Below, piece by piece: positions 8,828 through 17,931 of a stretch of 64,000 nucleotides of DNA. A program made the position numbers and the translations under genes. The notes below the pieces were generated by a model. That model ran no database searches. It was not told the origin of the DNA and saw nothing but the letters and a program-made list of their open reading frames with translations. Location: the NCBI GenBank assembly GCA_040754455.1, contig JBFMCP010000001.1, positions 96,001-160,000 of the forward strand, read 5' to 3'. Every line of letters begins with the position of its first letter. The first letter of the stretch is position 1. Source of the stretch: Nitrospirota bacterium. Its GTDB lineage: Bacteria; Nitrospirota; Thermodesulfovibrionia; Thermodesulfovibrionales; Dissulfurispiraceae.

Positions 8828-10715
8828 CTACGTCAGCACACAGAGCGGCGACTGGAACAACCCAGCTACCTGGGGCGGCAGTGGTTACCCGCAGCTCGCC
8901 GGCGACACCTGCACGATCTCTGCGGGGCATACGGTTACGTATAACGTGCAGTCCGCAGTCGAGCTCGGACAGATCACTGTCAACGGTATTCTCAAGGCGA
9001 GCCGGGCAGTGAGTACAAAGCTCACGCTCGGGCATGCTGAGATTCTCATCAATAATGGCGGCGAGATGGACTGGGGGAAAGTTACTGACAAAATACCTAC
9101 CAGCGTTGTCGCAGAAATACTATGGAACACCACTGGAGACAATAGCAAGGGGATTAATGTCGCAGATGGGGGGAAGCTCAGCATTTACGGGGATCCTGCC
9201 TATTACGGCAGCACCAGGCGCACAGTATTGTATGCAGACTGGACGAGCGGGCAGAGCTTTCAGGTTGTAGGCGATCTGACAGGCAAATGGGCTGCAGGGC
9301 ATATCATTTATGTCCACAAAGGGGCGGCATATGCGTCTTCGACTACTGATATCACCAACCCGCTCACGATCAATACCGTCACTTACGACGGCACGAAGTC
9401 TACCGTCACAATCAATGAGGCTTTTCCGGGCGATACCTACAGAGCCGGCGGCATAGTGCTCAATGTGTCACGGAATGTAAAGCTCGGCAAGCTTAATCCG
9501 CAGACGAATATTGGGCAGACCAACAGCAACCGTCCGAGGATTAACGATGGAAATACTGACATTAATCACAATAATGTGAACATCTATGAAGCTTTGTTGA
9601 CCGGTTTCCATTCTCTGGTGCATACCTATAATTTAAAATTCAATGCAGTGATGCGGAATGGCGGATATGCACTTGCTAATTTTTCTATTGACGCCAGGAA
9701 TGCGTCGATTGACGGTATTTTTATATCCAACAGTTTTGGAGTCTACATTCATAATACATCTACCATTTCCGGTATTTTTGTATCGCACGTAAGGTCTCTC
9801 GACAACCTGCAGAACTGTATTATTCAGAATGCCGAAGTCCTGAGCAGCTCAACGGGAGCTCTCGGCTGGTACACGATCAATAATAAGATCATCGACTCGT
9901 ATTTTTACGCCAACTATGCTGCTTATCCATCGGTTTCCTCGTTCAATTATATGAAAGGCGGAGCGCTCGGCTACTCTCCTGAAGGGTTCTCCATGCCGAA
10001 CACGTACGACTCGAATTTCCAGCAACAGACGAAGCATTTCTTGAGCAACGTCAAGCTGCCTGCTGCGGGGCTGTCGCTCAATTTCAGAAATAATTCCGGA
10101 TTGAAAGCGCGGGTATTCTCCGAGCATCACAATCAGGTGAAGGACGCTGTGTATCAGTATGACGCTTTTGCCGATCTCATCAAAAACACCTCTACGCTCC
10201 GCACCGGCGGCGCGTCTTCATCGATCGAAGCTGTGCCGCTCTCAAACTGCTCAACGATCAATGATGTGATGCTCTTCGAATGGTACGAGGAGAACGTGCC
10301 GGCAATGCAGCATACGCGCTCGATCTACATGAAGGGCGAGGGCTGGTCCGGCTTCCCGCTGCATACCGAGCTGTACTTCGAGGCGGAGTACCTCGACCAG
10401 GCCTCTGGTGTGCATACGGCAAAGGCGCAATCAACGACTGTGCTCGCCAACAATATCGACTGGACAGAGTTTCCTGTCACCTTTACCCCTGCGCAGAGCG
10501 GGTGCGTGATATACCGAGCATATCTGAAAAAGTATCAGGCAGCCGCAAAGGTCTATGTTGATACACAGCTCAATAGATTGGGGATGCCTGCCAAACGCGC
10601 GGTGTGGTCACAAGGCGAGTGCAGGTTGATGGTTTCGAATTATGATGATGTCGGCTTCAACATGCCTCTTGAGACAGTGGATATTTCTTCGCAATACGAG
10701 GTGATCGAGTTATGA
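8820..10715 (+). CDS. Large fibre/appendage-like protein (G8-like N-terminus, beta-helix centre, CBM-like C-terminus)
   Basis: SGDWNNPATWGG...AGDTCTISAGHTVTY; Asn/Ile-rich repeats; WTEFPVTFTP. Domain calls are by eye. Confidence 0.65.
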   Translation: MANYVSTQSGDWNNPATWGGSGYPQLAGDTCTISAGHTVTYNVQSAVELGQITVNGILKASRAVSTKLTLGHAEILINNGGEMDWGKVTDKIPTSVVAEILWNTTGDNSKGINVADGGKLSIYGDPAYYGSTRRTVLYADWTSGQSFQVVGDLTGKWAAGHIIYVHKGAAYASSTTDITNPLTINTVTYDGTKSTVTINEAFPGDTYRAGGIVLNVSRNVKLGKLNPQTNIGQTNSNRPRINDGNTDINHNNVNIYEALLTGFHSLVHTYNLKFNAVMRNGGYALANFSIDARNASIDGIFISNSFGVYIHNTSTISGIFVSHVRSLDNLQNCIIQNAEVLSSSTGALGWYTINNKIIDSYFYANYAAYPSVSSFNYMKGGALGYSPEGFSMPNTYDSNFQQQTKHFLSNVKLPAAGLSLNFRNNSGLKARVFSEHHNQVKDAVYQYDAFADLIKNTSTLRTGGASSSIEAVPLSNCSTINDVMLFEWYEENVPAMQHTRSIYMKGEGWSGFPLHTELYFEAEYLDQASGVHTAKAQSTTVLANNIDWTEFPVTFTPAQSGCVIYRAYLKKYQAAAKVYVDTQLNRLGMPAKRAVWSQGECRLMVSNYDDVGFNMPLETVDISSQYEVIEL

Positions 10716-11044
10716 AAGCCATAAAGCTGGTGAAGGGCGAAAAAAGGGATTTGAAATATCAGCTCAAGGAGAACGGCGCGGTGAAAGACATCACCGGCAT
10801 GACCTTCAAGTTCGCTGCGAAAGCCACTCGGACAAGCGCGACGTATCAGATCAATCCTATAGCGGCTGCGCTCGATGATCCGCTGAATGGAAAGTTTTCC
10901 TTTACGCTTACGGCTGCGAACGCTACGGGAGCGGTCTTCAAGGGAGTCTATGAAATCTCCATGTATGATGCCGGGTCGAACAAGACCGTGCTTACTACAC
11001 CGGGCGGCGATCCGATCGAGATCGTCGAGGACATTGTGGATTAA
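10712..11044 (+). CDS. BppU N-terminal-like adaptor protein
   Basis: KGEKRDLKYQL...DITGMT...DPLNGKFSFTLT...YEISM. Confidence 0.55.
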   Translation: MKAIKLVKGEKRDLKYQLKENGAVKDITGMTFKFAAKATRTSATYQINPIAAALDDPLNGKFSFTLTAANATGAVFKGVYEISMYDAGSNKTVLTTPGGDPIEIVEDIVD

Positions 11045-11482
11045 ATGGATATCGCAGTTCTGGAAGATAAGCTTATCGAGACGCTCAAGCAAGGGATGAC
11101 GTATCTCAAGTACGCCGACACCTACCAGGGTGAACTCGACGAGAAGAGCATTGCCCAGTTCGCCATGAACTTCCCGGCGCTGCTCATCTATATGGAGGAT
11201 ACGACGTACACGAACAGATCATACCCTATGATGTGGCAGAATGCGCAGTTTACGATCCTTCTGTGCGACCGGAACCTGCGCGGCAACAAGAACGCCAGGC
11301 GCGGGGACCTGTCGAATCCGGGTACATATAAAATGCTGGCCGATGTTTATTCGTTGCTGCATGACAAGACGCTCGATCTGCTCACGTATCCGCTCGTGGC
11401 CGTCTCCGAGCATGCGCTGATCAATAGTAGACAATTGTCGGTCTATGCAGCTGTATACAAGACTAAGCAACCTAAGAATTAA
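11045..11482 (+). CDS. Tail terminator/completion protein, Mu gp37/DUF1834-like
   Basis: LEDKLIETLK...DTYQGEL...FPALLIY...GTYKML; lies upstream of the tube gene. Confidence 0.78.
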   Translation: MDIAVLEDKLIETLKQGMTYLKYADTYQGELDEKSIAQFAMNFPALLIYMEDTTYTNRSYPMMWQNAQFTILLCDRNLRGNKNARRGDLSNPGTYKMLADVYSLLHDKTLDLLTYPLVAVSEHALINSRQLSVYAAVYKTKQPKN

Positions 11483-11493
11483 AAGGAGGAGTT

Positions 11494-11667
11494 ATGGAAG
11501 ACGAGAGGAAGCCGGGAGCATATGTGATCGGTCCGGACGGCGAAGCGGTACCTGATCTCATGGATGAAGCTATGAAAAAGAGAAAAGAGCTTACTGAGGA
11601 ACCGTTCCCCGCATCAAGCGGAGGGAAAAAAGGCAAGACCAAGGAGGAGGTAAAAGAGAATGCTTGA
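11494..11667 (+). CDS. Small hypothetical protein (57 aa, below the ORF-track cutoff)
   Basis: AAGGAGGAG RBS; MEDERKPGAYVIGPDGEAVPD...ENA*. Confidence 0.7.
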   Translation: MEDERKPGAYVIGPDGEAVPDLMDEAMKKRKELTEEPFPASSGGKKGKTKEEVKENA

Positions 11668-12601
11668 TGCAAAGGCATTGATACTCGCAAAAGTAGAGGC
11701 CACCTACGGCGTCGATGCGGTGCCGGCAGCGGCAAATGATGCCATTGTCACTGGCCCGGTGAAGTTCGAGGTGATCGAGGAGAGCAAGGAGCGCGCCGTG
11801 GTGCTCCCTTATTTCGGCAAGCTGAACGCGATCAAGATCGGCACCGGCGTGAAGCTCTCATTCGGCACCGAGCTGCGGCCCTCCGGAGCTGCAGGCACGG
11901 CACCGCGCCTGGGCGTGCTCTTCAGGATCTGCAATTTCTCCCAGACGATCACACCGGGCGTCAAGGTCGACTACGATCCTGTTACTGCGCAGGACGGCGA
12001 GTCGGCGAGCATCTATTTCTACAACGACGGCTTTCTATACAAGGTCCTGGGCTGTGTCGGGAATTCACTGAAGCTCAGCGGCAAGACGAACGAGATCGGC
12101 ACGATCGATTGGGAGATCACCGGCCTCTGGGGAGGTCCCGCATCTATCACTGAAGTCGCATTCCCCACGCCGACCTACGGAGAAGTGGATCCGCAGCTCT
12201 TCAGGAGCGCCAATTTCACCATTGACGCCTATGCGGGAATCATTGATGCGTGCGAAGTGTCCGTATCGAATTCGGTGATCCTGAGGAAGGATGCCAATGC
12301 CGCCAACGGCATCAAGCGTTACTCGACGAACGGCAGAGAGGTGAGCTTCAGCTGCGATCCCGAAGTGGTCCCGCTGGCAACGTACAACCCCTGGTCCTTG
12401 TGGGACGCGAACACTCCCGGTGCGGCCAATGTTACGTTCGGTCAGACAGCAGGCAAGAAGTGCGTTGTCTCGCTGCCGAATGTCCTCAAGGACGTGCCCA
12501 AGCTCGGAGAGCGGGAGGGGATCAAGAAATATGATCTTACCGGCAAGGCGAATCCGACACTGACAGCAGGCAATAACGAAGTGAAATTTTCGTTCCAATA
12601 A
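11660..12601 (+). CDS. Major tail tube protein (siphovirus type)
   Basis: LILAKVEATYGVD..., ends GNNEVKFSFQ; precedes the chaperone and tape measure genes. Confidence 0.8.
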   Translation: MLDAKALILAKVEATYGVDAVPAAANDAIVTGPVKFEVIEESKERAVVLPYFGKLNAIKIGTGVKLSFGTELRPSGAAGTAPRLGVLFRICNFSQTITPGVKVDYDPVTAQDGESASIYFYNDGFLYKVLGCVGNSLKLSGKTNEIGTIDWEITGLWGGPASITEVAFPTPTYGEVDPQLFRSANFTIDAYAGIIDACEVSVSNSVILRKDANAANGIKRYSTNGREVSFSCDPEVVPLATYNPWSLWDANTPGAANVTFGQTAGKKCVVSLPNVLKDVPKLGEREGIKKYDLTGKANPTLTAGNNEVKFSFQ

Positions 12602-12628
12602 AAAACGTTTAAGGAGGTTTTAAACAGT

Positions 12629-13051
12629 ATGAGGGACCTTGGAAAAGCGGACAACAAAGTCACATTCAGGGACGGTATATCGGGCTCAAAGATAACCCTG
12701 TTCTACCGCACGCCCACGACAGAGGAGCTGCAGGAGTACTACTCCAATTCGATGATCAGGAAGCAGGGCAAGACCATTGCCAATGCAGTCAATGCACGGG
12801 TCGACTTTGCAGAGAAGATACTCACTGGCATCGGAGAAGGCTGCTTCGGTATCAATAAAAAGCCGATCTCATCTAATCCCGAATCTCCGGATTATAAGGA
12901 GAACTGGAAGGCCCTGGTAAAGGAGAGCGCCCCTGATATTCTGGACACGTTCATCATCATGACCTTTGAGCGGAGCAGCATCCAGGCTGTTCTTACTGAA
13001 GGGGACGGAGGAGAGGAAGAGCTCCCTTTGTCGAAGAGCTCAGAAGGCTAA
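12629..13051 (+). CDS. Tail assembly chaperone (gpG analogue)
   Basis: Position between tube and tape measure genes; slippery heptamer near the 3' end. Confidence 0.8.
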   Translation: MRDLGKADNKVTFRDGISGSKITLFYRTPTTEELQEYYSNSMIRKQGKTIANAVNARVDFAEKILTGIGEGCFGINKKPISSNPESPDYKENWKALVKESAPDILDTFIIMTFERSSIQAVLTEGDGGEEELPLSKSSEG

Positions 13052-13308
13052 ACGACAGATGCACACCGGCAAAAAAAAAGGAGTGTGCCAAGAACTCGGG
13101 ACCTGGCCTGCCGATCGTCTGCAGCACCTGTGCGGCCAGGGAGCCCTATGAGCCTTCTGAGTGGTTCAACCATGTGTGGTTTTTATACGAGCTGCAGCGG
13201 GGAGGTTATCCGTTCCAGAAAAATGACCTCTCCCTCGAAGAGTGGATTGCAATAGGAGTGTTGAAGGAAGAGATAGATGCCATGAAAATGGGGCTGATGA
13301 TTAAATGA
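13024..13308 (+). CDS. -1 frameshift extension of the tail chaperone (gpGT analogue)
   Basis: C CCT TTG at 13024-13030. The -1 frame stays open (PFVEELRRLNDRC...GGYPFQKNDLSLEEWIAIG...) to TGA 13306-13308, which overlaps the tape measure ATG. Confidence 0.82.
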   Translation, partial: PFVEELRRLNDRCTPAKKKECAKNSGPGLPIVCSTCAAREPYEPSEWFNHVWFLYELQRGGYPFQKNDLSLEEWIAIGVLKEEIDAMKMGLMIK

Positions 13309-15431
13309 ACGAGATCGAGCTGATAATTACTATGGACAATTCCGGACTGGTCACCGGGGTGAGGACCGCAAGCGGTGAGATTGTGCAGTTCGGGAAATCT
13401 GCCGCTGAAGCATCTGATAAAGCGAGTGCGGGTTTCGGTGTGCTGCAAAAATCGTTGCAGGAGATGGCGATCCAGGCAGCCGGTTTTTTTGCCGCATTCA
13501 AAGCCGGTGACTGGGCGAAGGATATCATCAAGGACTCTACGCTCCTTGCCGCTCGTGTTGAGACTTTGGGCGTCGTGATGAATGTCGTTGGCCGTAACGC
13601 CGGGTATTCGTCGCAGGAAATGAAGATGTATGCCGACAGCGTCAAGGCCATGGGCATTACCACGCAAGAAAGTATGCAGACGGTCATCCGAATGGCGCAA
13701 GCGAACCTCGACCTTGCCAAATCCTCGCAACTGGCCCGTGTCGCACAGGACGCCGCGGTCATCGGCAATGTGAATTCCTCAGAGGCATTGGGCAGGCTCT
13801 TGCACGGCATCACTACCCTGCAGCCCGAAATCCTCAGAACCATCGGCATCACCGTCACCTTTGAGGAGGAATACAAGAAGTTCGCATCTACAGCTGGCAG
13901 GACTGTCGACTCCCTCTCTCAGCAGGAAAAACAGCAGATCGCCTTGAATGCGGTGCTCAGAGAAGGAGAGAAAATAGCGGGTACCTATGAGGGCGCCATG
14001 GGCACTGCTGGGAAGCAGATCACCTCCATATCGCGCTACGCCGAAGAGGCCAAGGTGAAATTCGGCCAGTTGTTCACTCCTGCCCTGAACGATTCAGTCA
14101 AGCTCCTGTCGAGTGGGCTCAGTTTCTTGAATGATCAGCTCGAACGACTGGTTGCCGGGCTCGGCAGGGCCGACCGGATGTCGAACCTGTACTCCCAGCT
14201 TGCAAGGATCGACGAGGAGATCGCACAGCGCGAGAAGGGATTTTTCGGGATAACTCCGCGCGCCGGGAGCCTGGCTGAAAGGCAGTTGGAGTGGTATAAA
14301 AGGAAAAGGCTGGAGATTGCCCAGGAGTTGCTGGACTTGCAGACGCCTGACAGAGTTGATGCTCCTGCAGGGGCTGCAGGGTCTGCAGGGGCTGCAGGGG
14401 CTGCAGTCGACAAATACAATGAAGACAATGATCCCAAGATTATTGCCCTGCGGGCTCGAGTCAGAGGCGTCGGCGAGTTGGCTAAAAAAGAAATCGAGCT
14501 TCAAAAAGAAAAGGAAGCCAAAATCGCCGAAATCAGTAAGCGCTACCTCAAAGAAAAGGAAGATGCTGACCGGGATTATGCCGAATGGTACGAGCGCATG
14601 TATGAATTCAGACTGCAGAGGGAACAGGAGATGTTGGATCGTTCTGCAGCACTGAATCGGCAGCGACTGGAAATGCAGCGGCAGGAATATGAGGAGTACT
14701 GGTCCATGGTTATGGGCAACGCGAACATGGTCGGCGGTGAGATGGGCAAAGGCCTGGGCATGATGGCCGCAGGCATGAAGGGGATCACCGACGTTCAGAT
14801 GGGCGTCGACCCTTATTCCGAAAGGCTGGAAAGACTGCGTGAATATTACAACGCAGAAATAACGCTATTGCAGGATGCGCGCGCGACGCAAACGACTATC
14901 GAGCAAGCTTTTGCGCAGTACCAGATTGAGAGCGATCAGATCACCGCACAGCAACGCATTGCTACTGCCCAGAACCTTGCAGGCATGCTGGCCGGGATTA
15001 TGTACTCGATGTACGTGGCAACCGGGAAGCACAACAATGCAATGTTTGTCATGTACAAAGCTTTTGCCGCGACCGAAGCGCTGATCTCCACCTATGCGGG
15101 AGCAGCGCGGGCCTTGAAGGATTTCAAATTTCCTTACAATATTGCAGTGGCCGCAATTATCACCGCAGCGGGCCTGGCCAGGGTTGCAGCAATCGTCTCA
15201 CAGAAACCGGGCTCTGCAGCCCCTGTTGCAGCGGTTCCGGCAGGGGGCGGCTATGGCTATAAGGATCCGAATCAGCCCGCGTTCGAGCCGACTCAGGCAG
15301 CAGCTCAGGAAACTCCCCGGCCGATGACAGTCACAATTTATAACTACGGCATTCTCGGGACCGATCAGGACAAGATCGCCCGCGATCTGGTCCCTGCGCT
15401 GCAGAAAGCAATGGATGACGGAGCGCACTAA
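13305..15431 (+). CDS. Tape measure protein
   Basis: 708 aa, Ala-rich helical sequence with hydrophobic C-terminal segments; canonical position. Confidence 0.88.
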   Translation: MNEIELIITMDNSGLVTGVRTASGEIVQFGKSAAEASDKASAGFGVLQKSLQEMAIQAAGFFAAFKAGDWAKDIIKDSTLLAARVETLGVVMNVVGRNAGYSSQEMKMYADSVKAMGITTQESMQTVIRMAQANLDLAKSSQLARVAQDAAVIGNVNSSEALGRLLHGITTLQPEILRTIGITVTFEEEYKKFASTAGRTVDSLSQQEKQQIALNAVLREGEKIAGTYEGAMGTAGKQITSISRYAEEAKVKFGQLFTPALNDSVKLLSSGLSFLNDQLERLVAGLGRADRMSNLYSQLARIDEEIAQREKGFFGITPRAGSLAERQLEWYKRKRLEIAQELLDLQTPDRVDAPAGAAGSAGAAGAAVDKYNEDNDPKIIALRARVRGVGELAKKEIELQKEKEAKIAEISKRYLKEKEDADRDYAEWYERMYEFRLQREQEMLDRSAALNRQRLEMQRQEYEEYWSMVMGNANMVGGEMGKGLGMMAAGMKGITDVQMGVDPYSERLERLREYYNAEITLLQDARATQTTIEQAFAQYQIESDQITAQQRIATAQNLAGMLAGIMYSMYVATGKHNNAMFVMYKAFAATEALISTYAGAARALKDFKFPYNIAVAAIITAAGLARVAAIVSQKPGSAAPVAAVPAGGGYGYKDPNQPAFEPTQAAAQETPRPMTVTIYNYGILGTDQDKIARDLVPALQKAMDDGAH
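14365..14406 (+). repeat. 9-bp tandem repeat (CTGCAGGGG x ~4.7) in the tape measure gene
   Basis: ctgcagggg ctgcagggt ctgcagggg ctgcagggg ctgcag. Confidence 0.9.
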
Positions 15432-16204
15432 TGAACCCGATCATTCTCTACGACAATAGGTTCAATGATGCCATCCCCACGGCAACGGATACCGCCGCAG
15501 GCTATGACGTGCTGAATATCAGAGATCTGAGGACCTACACCTTCCATAAGTTCACCGGCAGCGGGACGAAGTATTATTACATCAACTGCGGGTCAGGAAA
15601 AACGGCCGACTGTCTGGCGATCATATCTCATAACCTGGGGACAGCGGGCGCAACGGTGTCGGTCGAGAGCTCCGCGACCGGTGCATGGACAGGCGAGCAG
15701 GTAGAGCGCCTGGCCGGGTTCGTGCCCACAAGCGACAAGGCGCTGCTCAAAACATTCAATTCCGCTACCGCTCAATTTTGGCGCGTAAAGATTGTGACGG
15801 CTGCAGTGGCCGCGCAGGTCGGCGTGCTCATGCTCGGCACAAAGCTGCTCTTCCCCTATCCTCCGGACACGCCATACAGGCCATACTCAGAACGCATCGA
15901 GGCCAATACGTCTCTCAGCAAGACGGGCAATATACTGGGCTCTACGATCAGGTATTACCCGATTGACGTTGTCGCTCCCTTCTCAAACCTCACACGAACC
16001 TGGGTGCTCGATAATTTCAAACCCTTCTGGATCAATCACGGCCGAAAGCTCAATCCGTTCTTCTACGCCTGGGACCTCGATGTCTATCCGGATGACGTCC
16101 TCTTCCTGGCCTGCTCGCCTGATATGGTCTACGAGCTGCCGGTGAGCGTGCTTGCATACATTGACAGCATCATCCTCCGGATGCAGGGAGTCAGTGAGGT
16201 ATGA
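15431..16204 (+). CDS. Tail protein (distal-tail position)
   Basis: 257 aa, coupled to the tape measure stop. Confidence 0.7.
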   Translation: MNPIILYDNRFNDAIPTATDTAAGYDVLNIRDLRTYTFHKFTGSGTKYYYINCGSGKTADCLAIISHNLGTAGATVSVESSATGAWTGEQVERLAGFVPTSDKALLKTFNSATAQFWRVKIVTAAVAAQVGVLMLGTKLLFPYPPDTPYRPYSERIEANTSLSKTGNILGSTIRYYPIDVVAPFSNLTRTWVLDNFKPFWINHGRKLNPFFYAWDLDVYPDDVLFLACSPDMVYELPVSVLAYIDSIILRMQGVSEV

Positions 16205-17919
16205 CGTACGCCGACGAATTAGGTAAGATTACACGCATACCGGTCACCCTTGTGGTGATCACGCTCGATTACTGCGGCAGGACCTTCGGCGTCGATCCAT
16301 GTCTGGCAACCGGCTCCAAGTGCTGGAACACCTTCAAGACCTGCAAATACAAGACTGCTTATCTGAAACAGAGCAAAGACTACAAGATCACCTCTGCCGA
16401 TGCGCCTCTGCCGTTTAAGACCGGCGAGCGGCCGTATCTGCAGCGTGTGAAATATCTCCCGACTGAGATCAAGGATAGTTTTACGGTGAATGCCAGGGTC
16501 ACCATAGAATGCTATGACGTGCCTGATACCGATGTGGGCATAGATCCCTATGTCACCACGCGCAGCGCCTTTCCCAACATTCCGGGGACATTTTGGAAAA
16601 AGCTCATCACCCGCAACAAAAACTACAAAGGCCGCACGGTGAAGATCTACGAGGGCTTCCTGGGGCTCGCAGAGAACGAATTCGAACAGAAGTTCGTCGG
16701 GACCATCGACAACATTACCCTGGGGGAGGGAGAGGTAAAGATCGAGGTTGTGGACCTCCTGAAGTCGCTCTCAAATGTGGAGATTCCGCCCAAGGTCGAT
16801 ATCAAGCTGGTATCGGATACAGCGATCGACGCAGCAACGATCACGCTGACGACGCTTACGGGCCTCTATGCGGCTCCGGCCTACATCCGCATCAAGGATG
16901 ACATTATTTACTACACCGGCACCGCAGGGGGCAACCAGATCACCGGATGCATCTGGGGCCAGTTCGGCAGTACGAAGGAAGCCCACAAGGCGAAAGATAA
17001 GGTGCAGCCGGTCCGTTACATCCCGCCGACGGACGGCTTCGACATCATGAAAACACTGCTCACGACCGATTCGGGGATCGATGCATCATATGTAGATACC
17101 GCTGCCTTTGATTACTGGAAAGCGTGGCCTGAGACGGATATGAACTTCTCGGCCATCATCTCCGAGCCGACCAAGGCGGATAAGCTCTACTTCGAGCTGG
17201 TGGATCTCCTCGACTGCAAATCATGGGTGGCCGAGGACCTCAAGATCACCATCAAGCGCAATGTGCCCAACGAGCCCGGCAGGGGATACAAGACTATCAC
17301 CGATGCGGCGAATATCATCCACGATTCGGCAAGCGTAGACCTCAATGAAAAGTCGCGCATCACCCGGATGCTGCTCTATTGGGACAGGATAGCGATCGGC
17401 AAGGTGGACGATGTGAACGCCTACAACCGCCTCGATATCGGCCTCGACAGCGATGCAGAGGGCGACAATGACTATAACGACATCGTCGAGAAAAAGGTCT
17501 TCTGCCGGTGGATCCGGAGCGGGTACGAAACCGAGGAGACGGTCAACAATTTCATCAAGGACCTCCTCGCCCGGCAGGTATGGCGGCAGCGCGACGCCAT
17601 GCCCATTCTACAGTGCTCGCTTGAGCTGAAGGACAGCGACATCAAGACCGGCCAGTTTACCAAGGTCAGCACCGACGAACTCCTGCAGCCTGACGGCAAC
17701 CCGATCGACAAGGTCATCATGCAGGTGATCAGGAGGGAAATGCAGGACCGCCTGGTGAAGGTAAAGCTCCTGCAGCTGACCCCGAGGCGGCTTGCCTATA
17801 TAGCGGCAGACGATACGCCTGATTATGCAAGCGCCTCTGATGCGCAGAAAGAGTATGGCTTTATAACTGACGATGAGGCCCTGATGCCGGACGGCACTGA
17901 GGGCTACTACACATATTAA
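16201..17919 (+). CDS. Tail tip/hub protein
   Basis: 572 aa; N-terminal Cys cluster (YCGRTFGVDPCLATGSKCWNTFKTC) as seen in siphophage tail-tip proteins. Confidence 0.72.
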   Translation: MTYADELGKITRIPVTLVVITLDYCGRTFGVDPCLATGSKCWNTFKTCKYKTAYLKQSKDYKITSADAPLPFKTGERPYLQRVKYLPTEIKDSFTVNARVTIECYDVPDTDVGIDPYVTTRSAFPNIPGTFWKKLITRNKNYKGRTVKIYEGFLGLAENEFEQKFVGTIDNITLGEGEVKIEVVDLLKSLSNVEIPPKVDIKLVSDTAIDAATITLTTLTGLYAAPAYIRIKDDIIYYTGTAGGNQITGCIWGQFGSTKEAHKAKDKVQPVRYIPPTDGFDIMKTLLTTDSGIDASYVDTAAFDYWKAWPETDMNFSAIISEPTKADKLYFELVDLLDCKSWVAEDLKITIKRNVPNEPGRGYKTITDAANIIHDSASVDLNEKSRITRMLLYWDRIAIGKVDDVNAYNRLDIGLDSDAEGDNDYNDIVEKKVFCRWIRSGYETEETVNNFIKDLLARQVWRQRDAMPILQCSLELKDSDIKTGQFTKVSTDELLQPDGNPIDKVIMQVIRREMQDRLVKVKLLQLTPRRLAYIAADDTPDYASASDAQKEYGFITDDEALMPDGTEGYYTY

Positions 17920-17931
17920 CGAGGTGAGAAT

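Noticed and set aside
13071..13080. A9G run as the chaperone slippery site
   Set aside because: It lies after the chaperone stop (13051) and reads as Lys codons in the -1 frame; CCCTTTG is correctly placed.
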